Positions 24,763 through 36,679 of a stretch of 64,000 nucleotides of DNA are shown one piece after another. Both the position numbers and the translations under genes were made by a program. Each line of letters begins with the position of its first letter. Positions within the stretch are counted from its first letter, which is position 1. The notes beneath the pieces were generated by a model, which was not told where the DNA came from, made no database searches, and saw nothing but the letters and a program-made list of their open reading frames with translations. This DNA is from Haliotis rubra (Eukaryota), in contig NW_025767300.1 of assembly GCF_003918875.1 (NCBI RefSeq), forward strand, positions 186,001 through 250,000, in the 5' to 3' direction.

Positions 24763-25371
24763 CAGAGGAGACTTAACGTATTGGCCATTTTGATTCATTG
24801 TCATCATCATCATCATTATCACTGAAATAAACCATGTCTTACTTGTAAACTGTATGCTGTTTTGTGTCTGAAAAAACAAGTGAAGATTTGTCTTTGCTCA
24901 AATAAGAACAGACATCAAATTTAGACCTGAATTTTTGACACAAGATAACCTAGCTGGTCATGATTCACAAAGTGGCAGTAGCACTGTGACTGATGCAGCT
25001 CCAATAACAGACTCACCAGTCTTAAAGCAACGATCACTTTCTGAAATGGACCCCTGGTGAATCCCATGGGCAGAAAATGTCGAATGAAAATCTATTCGAA
25101 TGTCAAGACCAGTACAGTTGGACAGTACAAAGACCCACAATACAGCCACAAAAGGACAAACATGAACTGGAATATTATTTTTAATAAAACAGACTATTAC
25201 ACAGAGCAATTGTCTGCAACACAGACCTAGATGAAAGATTGTTTTTCTGAAGTTTGAAACAGATTGAAAACTGTATTCCTTTCATCCATTGAAATAACTG
25301 TACAACTGCTGAATGTCCAGACGATCACACTGCCAGTTTACATGGTTTGTCCACACTAAGCGGTACTAACA

Positions 25372-28300
25372 TCAACCAACAACTAGAGTTCCCTCATCAG
25401 GGAAGGAATAAATTGGGACCTCCAGGTTCAATGGAGCTGGTCCTTTTCTGATTCTACCAGAGGCGTCATAGTGGGAGCCATGGCAAGGACAGTAGTAGCC
25501 ACCAAAGTCACCAGCATTGGCTATTGGAACGCAACCTGCAACGGGGAATGTAAACATGATTACATGGTACGATCAAACAGAGACAGAACTGACTTGTGTA
25601 AGTCCACATACGTGGCGCTGCTGTGTAACACTGTTAACTATAGTTTGTGGCTGAAGTTTTACAAACATACACCGAACGTTTGCCATCAACTCTTATCTTT
25701 GTTCTAATGCTTGGTATTGATACTTTTCTTAAGAGTTTTAAGTACCTAACCTTTAATCTGGTAATACCTTTTCATAAATAGATCATCATTGTTTCATAAA
25801 ACTGCTATGGCCACATCCAGTGTCATGATGCATTGACTTACTAGTGCAGATCATGTTCAATTCAAGAGTTTGGGCTGTGATTCAACTGGGCTCATAATAA
25901 GCATGATAAGGGCAGAAATAATGAAGACACTTGGTCTAAACAAAATCTTAACTTTGCAACATATGCAGTAATTACATCTGTGAGAATATACATTCATTTA
26001 CAATGTGGCAACCTGAAGAAACTGGATGAATCATTTTCTTACCTAAATGTGTACAAACACCAAGTAAAACAAGCCACTCAGGATTGGTTGCTCTTTCATT
26101 GTCATGTTCTGCGTGTCGCAAAGTGCTGAGATCAACGCCTTGTTCAGCTTCTATCTCCTCAGCGGTACGGTGTCTAACAAACAGGGGCTTGCCTCTCCAC
26201 TTGAAGGTGACATTCTTTCCCTCTGGAATTTCAGCCAGCTTGATCTCGATCTGGGCCAAAGCCAATACATCAGCTGATGCGCTGAGAGTGCTGACGAACT
26301 CTGTTACTAAGTTCTTAGCAGCATATGCAGCAGACACACTGCCACCTGGAGGAGAACAACACAGTTACACAACAAGTTGTGGAGAACAATGATGTATGTA
26401 ACACACACAGAATCCTGTGTCCTTTCAACTCATAACTAGGTGCAAAGAAATGCATTACATGGGACACATACAAATTAACTCTATAACTGACTAGAGTATG
26501 TAAATATTCATGAACACAGCAGTCAGCATTATTTCAGCTACATGTATATCAAACTGACCTGTGAATAAGAGAAGTCTAGGTCTGACAAACCACTGGTTAA
26601 TGAGAAAAGTCTGTGTGACATGCTATCAACAAATGTCACCAGTTGAAACCATCTCATCCAAGTAGTGACCTCTAACAAGCTAAAGAATACTGGAAACCTA
26701 ACTCGGATCTCTAAGCTATAATACTGACTACAGATAATAAAGGGATTCCAGGTGTCTTCCCTATGGTTACATTGTGCATATCATGACTCCCTTCTTGACC
26801 CCCTCCTCAGAGTCAGTGATAATCAGTACAACAGTACACTTTTAGGAAACTTTATGCAGGGATTGGGAAAGGCAGGGGCCATTTTGCACATTAGAATAAA
26901 AAATGGCCCATTAAAATTTTGAAGTTTACTATTGATACCAGGGCAGTGGCCCATTCTAAATTCAGAAAATGGCTAATAATCCTGAAAATAGCCCATTGCC
27001 AAAGTTCTCTATCCCAATCCCTGTTTATGTCACTCAAGCTTTAGACAAGAACAGACAACACCATATAATTATCAAGCACAATCACTACTTCCAATCATCA
27101 GATCTCAAGTACACCCAACTCTGCTAAGCCTGTTACAATTCAGAAAAACAACCCTTGATGGGCTGTCAAATTTTTAATTTACAGTCAGCTGTTTATAAGG
27201 AACATGTTTATAACAAATTGACGGATATAATTATAACATTGTTTTGGTCCTGACCACTGGCTGTATACTTTAGTCAAAATGGGTATAACCAACTATGAAC
27301 TAATATTAGTGGTCCCTTGAGTTCATCATATTTATAGTAGACTGTGTATATTGACTTAAGAAGTAACCATGGTATCACTACTACCTGTAACCACAACAAT
27401 TACAGGTCATAATATTTTCTTGTTTCTTGTTGTTGAAGAAAATTCTCATTACTGTCTGCCAAAAGACAAATATTTAATTACCTCCAACCATCATGTAAGT
27501 AAATGATCGTCGAGCAACAGCTGAGTTCTGTGAGGATTGTTGACTATCCTTAACTCCATCACGACGATAGAAAGAGAAGTCTGGGACAGGGATGTCTGTG
27601 TGAGCAAATCTCACCTGATTTGAAGCTGAAATCGAAAATACAGTCATGGATTATCAACTGTTAAAGTATGAGGTGAGGTGAAATGGGATTTAACATCGTA
27701 CTTGAGAACATTTTGCTCATAGGACAACGTAAATGAATCATTGCATGTGTACGTGTGGCTGCTTGTACTACCTCAGACTTAAGCTGGTTTTATAGTGCTA
27801 GCTCACCGAGATACCATGCAGCAGTTAAGCATGAATACCCCACTTAGACCCATTATACTGACTCAGAGCAAACCAGTCCTGCTTTATCAAATAATGCCGA
27901 GTGTCAGGCAGGGACCAACAAGTACCATATTTTAACGTCTTTTGGTATGATGGGGCCGGGGATCGAACCCGGACATCAACAAATAGTACTCAAAATACCA
28001 GTCAGTCCATAATAACAGTCATTAGGGGCTTATTTCGGCTAGAATGCACTTTACTGGGCGCAGCCCTCGCTGCTCACTGCGGGGCAATAATCACACTATA
28101 GGGCTACTGCACTGTTTCAAGCCCTGTCTCACTATATCACGGTAATTGCTCCGTCCCCCTTCACTTGCATCTTTAGAGTCAAACAACCCTTTACGATCCT
28201 TCGGGTTAGGAGTTAGGGTTAGGGAACCTTTACGATCCTTAGGGTTTAGGATTAGCACCCTTTCTGATCCTTAGGGTTAGGGTTGGGAGTGGGGTAGGGT

Positions 28301-29281
28301 TAAGGACCCTTTCCGATTCTTATTTAGGGTTTGACTTTACCTTAGGGCAGTATAATCCTATCATATCCATATCACATCCTATCAAACCATTGTGCTGCGT
28401 GCGTGGTTTGATTTCATTTCTTGCGCTTCCACCTCACTTCTGTGCAAATGACCCGTTAAACGAGCACTCATTAACTGTGATGGTGCTCGTGGTCCCGAAG
28501 TAGAGCGTCCGCCAATTACGTCACTAATTAATAAAGTCAGTAATCCGGCGAAGCGTGTTTGAGCCCCAGCAGCGCTAATTAATCTAAAAAAGTGTGCCCA
28601 GTAAAGTTCAGTACTCCCCTTATTTCAACAGTGACAGCAGTATTTTGGACACTAAAAAAAGATATACTTACGATAACATTAGTCTCACATCATGTAGGGG
28701 ACAAGCCCACCCCAAACCCTGTTATTTGCCTTATTATAGCGAGGTGACTAAAAATGTAGGCGTTTTGCAGGAACTGTTGCTAAGGAAAGAGTTCGTGCAC
28801 CTTCCTTGCCAATATGGAAGGTGTTTAGACCTTACTGAAATTCGGATTCATAACAGGATTAGATACATAGTTCAATTCATATGCAAATCATATATATCTG
28901 TACTGCTAACTATATAAAGAAAGGCTTTCGAACTGCGTGACGGTTGTAGGTCAAGAAACGTTAAATGATACACGTTTGATTATCTAAGAATACTTTCCTG
29001 TTAATTGATTGTACACTTATCTTTGAATTATCCAGCCAGTGTTAAGTATATATCAACCGTAATTTCGCTCTCAGATCATACTTACATGCAAGTCCTGATG
29101 TGGCCCGTAAAGCATTTTTCGGGAGCAAGTCTGACATTGAGAAATGTGTGAGCACTGTTTTAGGTTGCTGGACAACATATTTTTCGCCTTTTTGGACAAC
29201 GCCTGGAACAGATGCTCGTATCGCGTTAGGAACTACCTGCGAAACTGCAGAGAGAACCGCAGATTTAGGGATAGATATCAT
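25372..29281 (-). CDS. UQCRFS1: Cytochrome b-c1 complex Rieske Fe-S subunit, mitochondrial; 4 exons, 268 aa
   Basis: Exons 29281-29086, 27625-27482, 26345-26043, 25535-25372 (807 nt, in frame, GT-AG). Rieske boxes CTHLGC and CPCHGSHY, plus [26 protein letters not shown] and [10 protein letters not shown]. Confidence 0.97.
26857..27023. mobile_element. Short hAT-like MITE with 6-bp TSD
   Basis: CAGGGATTGGGA...TCCCAATCCCTG; TSD TTTATG. Confidence 0.8.
27669..27973 (-). mobile_element. V-domain-type SINE
   Basis: Diverged copy of the 18297 element, including GGGATCGAACCC. Confidence 0.8.
28023..28622. mobile_element. Non-autonomous DNA element with internal TTAGGG-like repeats
   Basis: TGCACTTTACTGGGC near the left end and GCCCAGTAAAGTTCAGTACTCCCCTA at the right end; internal CCTTTACGATCCTTAGGGTTAGG repeats; partial copy at 30880-30998. 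Confidence 0.55.
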
Positions 29282-30203
29282 TTTGGTGGTGACTTTCACC
29301 CCTTCCCTAGCAATTTACGAAACTTGTGGTAAAGGACGTTTTACGTCACACATAAATCCTGCTATTTTCCTAACAACTTTTGCGCCGCCATTTACTCGAC
29401 CTCTGTTGATCTAGCTATTATTTCCTCGGTTTATTTAAATTTCGGGATAAAATTTGTAAACGTGATCGGTAATTAAAAATGGTACAACCATCAAAGTTTG
29501 GACACCATGTGCGAAATACCCATTATGTCGGAAAGCGCACGTTAAATCTCCAAATCATCTAAGGTTACGCCTCTAATCGTTGTGCAGTGAGAGGACACTT
29601 CACTATGCAATAACGCGTCATTAGAATTATGTCCGCAAATCTGCTGATAACCATTTCCAAAAACGCACGAATGACCGATAACGTGTCATCGTTCCCCGAC
29701 GGAACGAATAGCTTTCTTCACTTGACAGCTTGGTTATACCTCTGTGTGTCTTAAATGAAACGGATATGAATATATCCAACCATAACATGGTGTTGCATTT
29801 GTTTACGCCAAGATTTCCTTATAGCGCGAAACTGTCGTGCATGACCGAAAGTATAACCCAAGAACAAAGCCATGTCACCAGTAGGAAAATACCCGCATAC
29901 ACGTTTGCTCTGAAAGAAACACGACGCCTGCCTCAAAGATGAAATGTATTTGAAACTAGTCTATCGGCAAATACAATATTAATTGCCGTGCGTTGTTCAA
30001 TATGTCGCAGACTAGTCAAAGGCATATCAAAATACGTCATTTTGAAATCCATTGATATAATTATATACTATTGAATATCACATTATCTATGTTGAGTTCA
30101 ACTATTGTCAAAGAGGAACAGAAACACATTGATTGGCTGTTGCGACAATGTATTGAATTACCTATTTTGCGCGGTGCATCATGGGAGTCTGGTACTTTCA
30201 AAA
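29282..30203. promoter_or_regulatory. Bidirectional promoter, UQCRFS1 / chromodomain-TM gene
   Basis: 922 bp between divergent ATGs; YY1-like CGCCGCCATTT (29383-29393), reverse CCAAT GATTGGCT (30131), ZNF143/Staf-like TGCATCATGGGAG (~30175-30187). Confidence 0.55.
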
Positions 30204-33200
30204 ATGGCGAGCTCAGATAGCGAAAGCTCTTACGAGGTAAACCGTTATTTTCAATACTTCTTGGACAAATGATGTATTCAATCAGTGTTCAAATATGGTC
30301 CTGGTGTTATTTCTACATCATATTGTTTGAAATTCGGTATATCATATCCAATTACATGGTAGTCATGTCAATGTTTACGACAAAGTAGTGTGTGGTTTCG
30401 ATTTCCGCATTGTGTCTTCACAAAGTCAACAAAAGAAGCGTCTTGTGAAACACAGATAGTACCTGTTAATCAGATGACGAATTTAAACTTTGTAGCTTTG
30501 TGGGTATTCAGTGGTATTAATCCGATCAAATCAAAGATCAGCTGAAAGTCGATACCGATAACGCTTTACTTATCGAAGATGCCGCTACCGTGTTCCCCTA
30601 GTGTTTATACAGGCCAAGCGCATAAACAAGGGGCTTCTCGCGATCATGTGGTATCCATTTCATTAACTACTAGCCACCTGCGCTAAGAGTGTGGTGGTGA
30701 TCAAACATACATGTCAGAGGTTAGGCTCTACGTAAAGGTCAAGTAAACGCTTCATGGGATACGGAATTGCATTTTTCTCGCTAAAATTACTTTTTAGGAT
30801 TACGTGAAAGGGAAAGAATTCTGATCGTTATAGTTCACAGCTAATTCACTTTCATGTTGCTTTTAGATATGTTATGCTGCTCCCTTTACGATCCTTAGGG
30901 TTTAGGGTTAGGCACCCTTTACGATCCTTAGGGTTAGGGAACCCAAGCAGCGCTAATTAATCTGAAAAAGTGTTCCCGGTAAAGTGCAGTACTCCCTATG
31001 TTGTTTTTAATTAATAAAATAACATCAGATTTTATTAATCAAGTGTTTGTAACAATCAGAAGTTTTACCAGGTAATGTATTGTTCATGTTACCTATGATT
31101 TATTCTTTACAAAACAAGCAATGTTTCACACGAAGATAAGATCTTGCATTTGGTTACTTCCCTTTTAGACATGTAACAATATATCAATATCGTAAGGAAT
31201 ATAGCTTGCATATGGCGATGATGGTAGCAGACAGCTAAGTAAACTGACTCGCGTTCGATTCCCGAGGCTGAATACACAACCGGCAGTTGTTGAACCTCGT
31301 GTATTGTTTTTTAGACCCTGCACACTTTATTGCCCTTATATTTAGTGTGTTTTATGGGTGACAGTTCATAATCTTGGTTTTTGAGAGGGGGGGTACGGGC
31401 GGAACTCTTACCAACCAATGTATTATGTAAGTAAAACAGGTGCGTAATACTTTAGTGGAGTTACATAACCATAACATTTGGACAATGCAGAATTTGAGTT
31501 CTTCTATCAGATCCATCATGGCTAATATTTAAATGGATTCCTAAGAGGGATTTTTGTTACAGAAGAAATAGAAGAAATTTTGCTACTGTTAATCGCTGAT
31601 GATGTTGCATTAGTGGATGATTCAGTAGTTGGTTTACAGAAAGTACAGGCAATTTTAAATCCCAACATCAGTGCTCTAGATCTGTGAATGTTCACCATCG
31701 GTGAATGTGCCTGCATTCTAGGTTTGCTACTTTTCTTCCTAAATTGTAAAATATATATGTCCCTCTTCTTCAACCCTTGTTTTAATGACAAAACAATATC
31801 CAAATACATCGTGAAGATAAATGCACTTTGAAGTTTTGAATTCTGTGAAAAATTCCCTTTTCTGTGATATTGTCCACTGGTTGGGAGGCAAAATTGCCTA
31901 TTGAAATATATGTGCATTGTAATATATTGTCATTTTTGACGTATTACTAAACCATCATTAGCATAGTTTGGAGTAATTTAGTTTAGTGCAGGGCTCCATA
32001 TAACTTTTGGGGGTGCGAGTGTACTTACACATCATATTGCAAGTGGAGGTGTACTGAGAATTTTGAAGGAGTACTGACATGTTTTTGGTGATGTGGTTTG
32101 TGATGTGGTTTGTCTCGACGATTCACCGATCACTATTTCCAACCATGTATTTGTATTTGAAGACGCGTGAGAAATAACTGAGCGACGTTGTGATGCGACG
32201 AAATGTCAGGTCCGACTGGATATAAATAGGAACAGTGTAGTTTTTAGCCAATCGAAAAATAGTGACGCATATCGTTGCATGGCAATGCAAGTGATTCATA
32301 CTGTCAGCGTTTCCTCATGTGTCAAATCGTGTTTCGCAAAAGAAACTTGACAAGTATTTATCCGAAATAGATTTCCATTTGCACGATACGCAGGGAAATT
32401 AAATGTTATACGTACAAAGGTATTTTTTGCCGTACACGATACTCTTGAAATCTTATATTATGTCGTACTTAATTGATTTTGAGGCGTACATTATGCCTGT
32501 ATGCCCCTTATCTGTAGCCCTGTTTGTGTATGTTTTAATCTAAATCTTGAATTTTTACTGGAGGGATTGATTTTTTAAAACCAACTGTGTTATTGTGATC
32601 ACAGATATTTTTGTTGTTTGATCAAATCACTAATGATCATTCTGAAACTTCGATGAGGACCATAGAATTGCTGAGAATGTTGTGGAAAATACACAAACAG
32701 AACGCTGATGGGAACTTTTAGCCATGTTGCAAAGTGTTATAAAATCATGTCACATGTATGTTGGCCTACAACATTACCTATAATTCAAAATTAGTTTCCT
32801 TGTGTACTGGTCAAAATTAAATGACAATTGTTATTTGCCACCAATACCATGTGTTTTGTTAAAATCCAGCAAAAAGCTAGATGTGAAAACACAGCACTTG
32901 GAAAAGAGCACTTGTTTGAAATGTAAACAAAGCCAATTTCAGATTTTTCACTGTGTATCATTTTCTCATATTGGGAGAGATCCTTATGCCTACTCATTGC
33001 ATACACTTGCTCATAAGTTTTAGATCATGCATGGGAAGAGTATCTTAGCAAACATTAGAGAAATAAGATCAGGTGTTTTCCTATGGTTTGGTACATTCAA
33101 CACAATATATTATAGTTTCAGCAAGCAAATTCACGCTCAGCATTTACAGTACTTCTCACAAGGAAAACAAAAAGAAAATAACAACATGCCGATTTGGAGA

Positions 33201-36200
33201 ATATTTTCGATTTCTTACATGCTGCATTTATGCATATACATTGTCTGAATCAACAAAAGTCTCCCTAATGTCCTGCTTACTCATGTCACCCAACACACCA
33301 TTTTGTGAAAATCGCTTGCCGATAGCGATGTCATACGTACCTCAGCATTGTTGTACATATTTTGTATTTCCATTGAGGTCAGATTTATGAATGAAAATAC
33401 ACATGACCAATCTATCTTGCTGCTTACATTTTCAGTTATAAGGCTTCTTTCATATTTTTACATGATACTTTTTTTAATAATTTCAGTATTAGTCTGTGTT
33501 GCTTTGGGACTAGACAGGAGACCAGTCTAAATTTATTGGCACCAATTACATCATAATCAAGGGAGGGTAACTTTGGCCTGTTTAGCTTTGAAAACAAAGA
33601 CCTCATATTGGCAAACATTTCAGCACTTATATTGAGCATTCTACTTCAAAGTGAGAAAAATGAGCGTATATTTTCAAGCATTGATGTTAACTGATTCAAA
33701 ATTCCATGAGTATGAGCACAAGCTTTCAAAGCTATCAAAGTGCCTTACTTTGGGCACAACAAAATCTGAACCCCTAGCCGGAAAATACAGATCCAGTATA
33801 GGAAAAGTCGTTAAAAGACTTTGAATTTGACTAATTTGTGACAGTGGCTGCGAAATAAGGATCATGATGCTTATCATATCAAGAGATAGTTGTATCATGA
33901 CAATCCCTACTTACTTTGAACATCAATATGATGATGTATTGTTTGGTCCACTCCATCAACATGAACAATTTCAGTGTAAAAAGACAGGAAGTTGATTTTG
34001 CAGGTGGATCAGATCTTGAATCAGAGGAAGAGGAAGGGTGTTGTAGAGTACTTGGTGAGATGGCGAGGGTTTGGGAAGGAGGAGGACAGCTGGGAACCTC
34101 TCAAGAACCTCGCCAACTGTGCCGCTGCCATGGCTGCATATGTGAAGCTTACGGTAGGAGGATTTGTGTGTCATAGAAATACATTCTGTGGAGCTATTTT
34201 CAGAAATAGGTCTTGTTTAAGACCTTGGTTTCATTTGTTGGTCTTAACATACATGTATCTGTTGGATAACCCTTTTGTCAAATATATGTCGGTTTTTGCA
34301 GTTAAGTAATTCCTGTTATAATCCTATTCACTTTATCATAGTCAATCTTACATCCTTTCCCAGGCACCATCTAAAACTCAGAAGAAGTCTACAAAGTCCA
34401 GATCACGGTCAAGGTCACGATCCACCAGCCGAAGTAGAACAACAAAGACAAAGAGCAGTCGCTCACGAACCCCAAGAGCCCGCAGTCGAACTCCTAGATC
34501 CCGATCACGGTCATCATCAAGAGGTAGACAAGCAAAACAGCCAGAAACTCCACCACGCCAGTCAAGAAGAACAGAAGTTGTCACAAAATCTTCCACAAAC
34601 CGAACTCCAGGTAGAGTTGAAAGAACAACAGAAGTTGTAAAGGTGAGTTCCCAGCTGAATGCAGTTGTTTCTTGCAAGTCCTTTTGTGTTCGCGCAAACA
34701 TAAGGAGAACTTGAACTTATTTCTCAACAAAAAGTGGTCCTGGAATTGTATTATGGAAACTGTTCTTGATCTTACTCCAAAGCCTTGTTTACTTTTACTT
34801 TCACTTTTGAGATGTAGCTTCTGGCACAAATCTCATGGGAGTACTGTCATCAGAATTAGTTCAATATCATAAGCCGACATATAGCTTCATTCTGATCAGT
34901 ATTGAAAGTAGGCGATGTGGTACTGTTGAATGAATAAGTTTATTTGGTTCGCACGTAAGCAGTATCATTTATATTATGTTATGTGGTTAACTATGCATAT
35001 AAGCACATTGTACAATCTTTAAAACTGTTGCACATGACAAAGTAGTGAAATTAAGTGTTATATTTCTGCAAAAGAAAGAAAAGAAACATCGGTCCAAATG
35101 GGAATGGTATCAGGTTATCAGTGTGGCTGTTTTGAAAACTGAAGCTTATATGTGTAGAAGTAAACATAGAAATGCCTCATCTGAATTTTGAGGTGGCTAA
35201 TTGGAGTTTGGAGCGATAGTAATATGACCTTGAAACAAATTGCCCCAATGCTACCTTAGTGTGGAATCAGAGCCAAGCCATTACCCTGAAGGTTTAACTG
35301 GTTAACACCCACTTAACAGTCTTATGTGACTGATAGAAATTGTTGTTTCTAATTAAGCAAATACGAGATGAGTCAAAGCCAACTGAGGTGAAGACGACAC
35401 GGGTTGTACAATCACGGACAGAGGTGAAGACAGTGGAGGACAAAGTTGACGGGAAGCTTGTAGCTGCCAAGCCACAGGAAGGTACTGGCACCAGCCTGTA
35501 CACACTATGGCAGACAGCTGACACAGCAGTCCTCATTCTGTTTGTCTGTGTCTCCATCATCGTTCTCAGCTATGTTGTGGAGAACTACTGCAGGTATGTC
35601 CACTCACATATTATCAGGGTTTTACCCTCAGAATGGAGGGGGGTGAGGGTTGTCCATAAATAATCATTTGTGATGTTACTTGCAGTCACCATGGGCTTCC
35701 TCTGAAGTAATGAAATGGTGTAGTGTACTGTATATTTAGGTAATTACTTGAGTGAATCATTGATCATATGGACAGTGGTTTTGATTGATGGATGAAACAA
35801 GTACATTGTACATCCATTAGGGCTGCTCCTGTGTAGTAAGTACTATGAATATACTGGCTACATATGTGTGTCACGAGGACAGATTGGTGACACTGCCCTT
35901 GTTGGAGCAGGGCACATAATGCAGTGAAAGCAGCATCTGTAAACATGAAATCACAAATGGTTGATAATATAATGATTCTGAAAATATTACACTAGTCTGG
36001 ACAGGGTTATAGTTATGGTGAATTTGCTGTTTGGGGGATTTTGTTTTGTTATTCTCACTTAGCGGTATACATCAACCTTGTTGATCAACATATTGTTAGA
36101 TTGTTAAACATCCTAATGTCTGTGAATGATCTCAGAATTTTAATGTTATGTCAATATACCAAGAATAAAAAGATTTGTGCTCAGCATATTGGTCTCTACA

Positions 36201-36679
36201 TCTCTACAACAAGATGGCGGTCAAATGTGAATATCTAACACGGATATAGCTTAACTAAATTTCTTGGTTTGGAGTTCAAGTTATAGTTCTACACCTGGGT
36301 GCTGCATCTGGTACATCATAAAATGGTTTAGGTTCAAGGTCACACTTTTCTGGAGAGGTATTAGTGCATTTATCTTTCACTTGGTATATACCTTCTTCAG
36401 AATGGAGGCCTTTTTTTAAGCATTTTGGGAAAACATGGGTGTCTAGTCATAATTAGCTACCATGGTAAGTGTAGTAAATGGTTGAGGATTGTTTCACATA
36501 TAAGCACAAATTGCTATTGCAGCCCTTCTGCAATGTGGAAGTTTCTGGTTGGTCTGTACACATCTGTAGTTGGAGCTGTTGTTGCTGTGTGGCAGTGTGT
36601 GACAGCATCAACGGCAAGGGCTTTGGAGACAGCAGCAAACTTCACCCGCAACAGTTGGAAGAAGGTTACCACCAACTAG
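30204..36679 (+). CDS. Uncharacterised chromodomain + RS-rich + transmembrane protein (~284 aa)
   Basis: Exons 30204-30236, 34004-34153, 34364-34642, 35358-35593, 36523-36679 (855 nt, in frame, GT-AG). Chromodomain SYEVDQILNQRKRKGVVEYLVRWRGFGKEEDSWEPLKNL; RS tract KSRSRSRSRSTSRSR...RSRTPRSRSRSSSR; hydrophobic AVLILFVCVSIIVLSYVV and FLVGLYTSVVGAVVAVW. The last-exon choice is less certain. AATAAA at 38565. Confidence 0.82.
30880..30998. mobile_element. Truncated copy of the TTAGGG-containing DNA element
   Basis: Shares CCCTTTACGATCCTTAGGG repeats and the terminus GCAGCGCTAATTAATCT...GTAAAGTGCAGTACTCCCTA with 28023-28622. Confidence 0.65.
31540..31655 (+). mobile_element. Non-LTR (CR1/L2-like) reverse transcriptase fragment
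   Basis: Translates GIFVTEEIEEILLLLIADDVALVDDSVVGLQ, resembling the LL(F/Y)ADD RT catalytic motif. Confidence 0.55.
31989..32522. mobile_element. hAT-like MITE related to 9504-9994
   Basis: CAGGGCTCCATA...TTATCTGTAGCCCTG; near-identical 6-bp flanks TTAGTG / TTTGTG. Confidence 0.65.

Noticed and set aside
28190-28345. True telomere or chromosome fusion site
   Set aside because: Short, degenerate, interspersed with other motifs and inside a repeated element within an intron.
33992-34309. Chromodomain as part of a chromovirus integrase or a canonical HP1/Polycomb gene
   Set aside because: It is bounded by splice sites, completed by an upstream exon, has no integrase or LTR context, and no chromoshadow or Pc-box follows.
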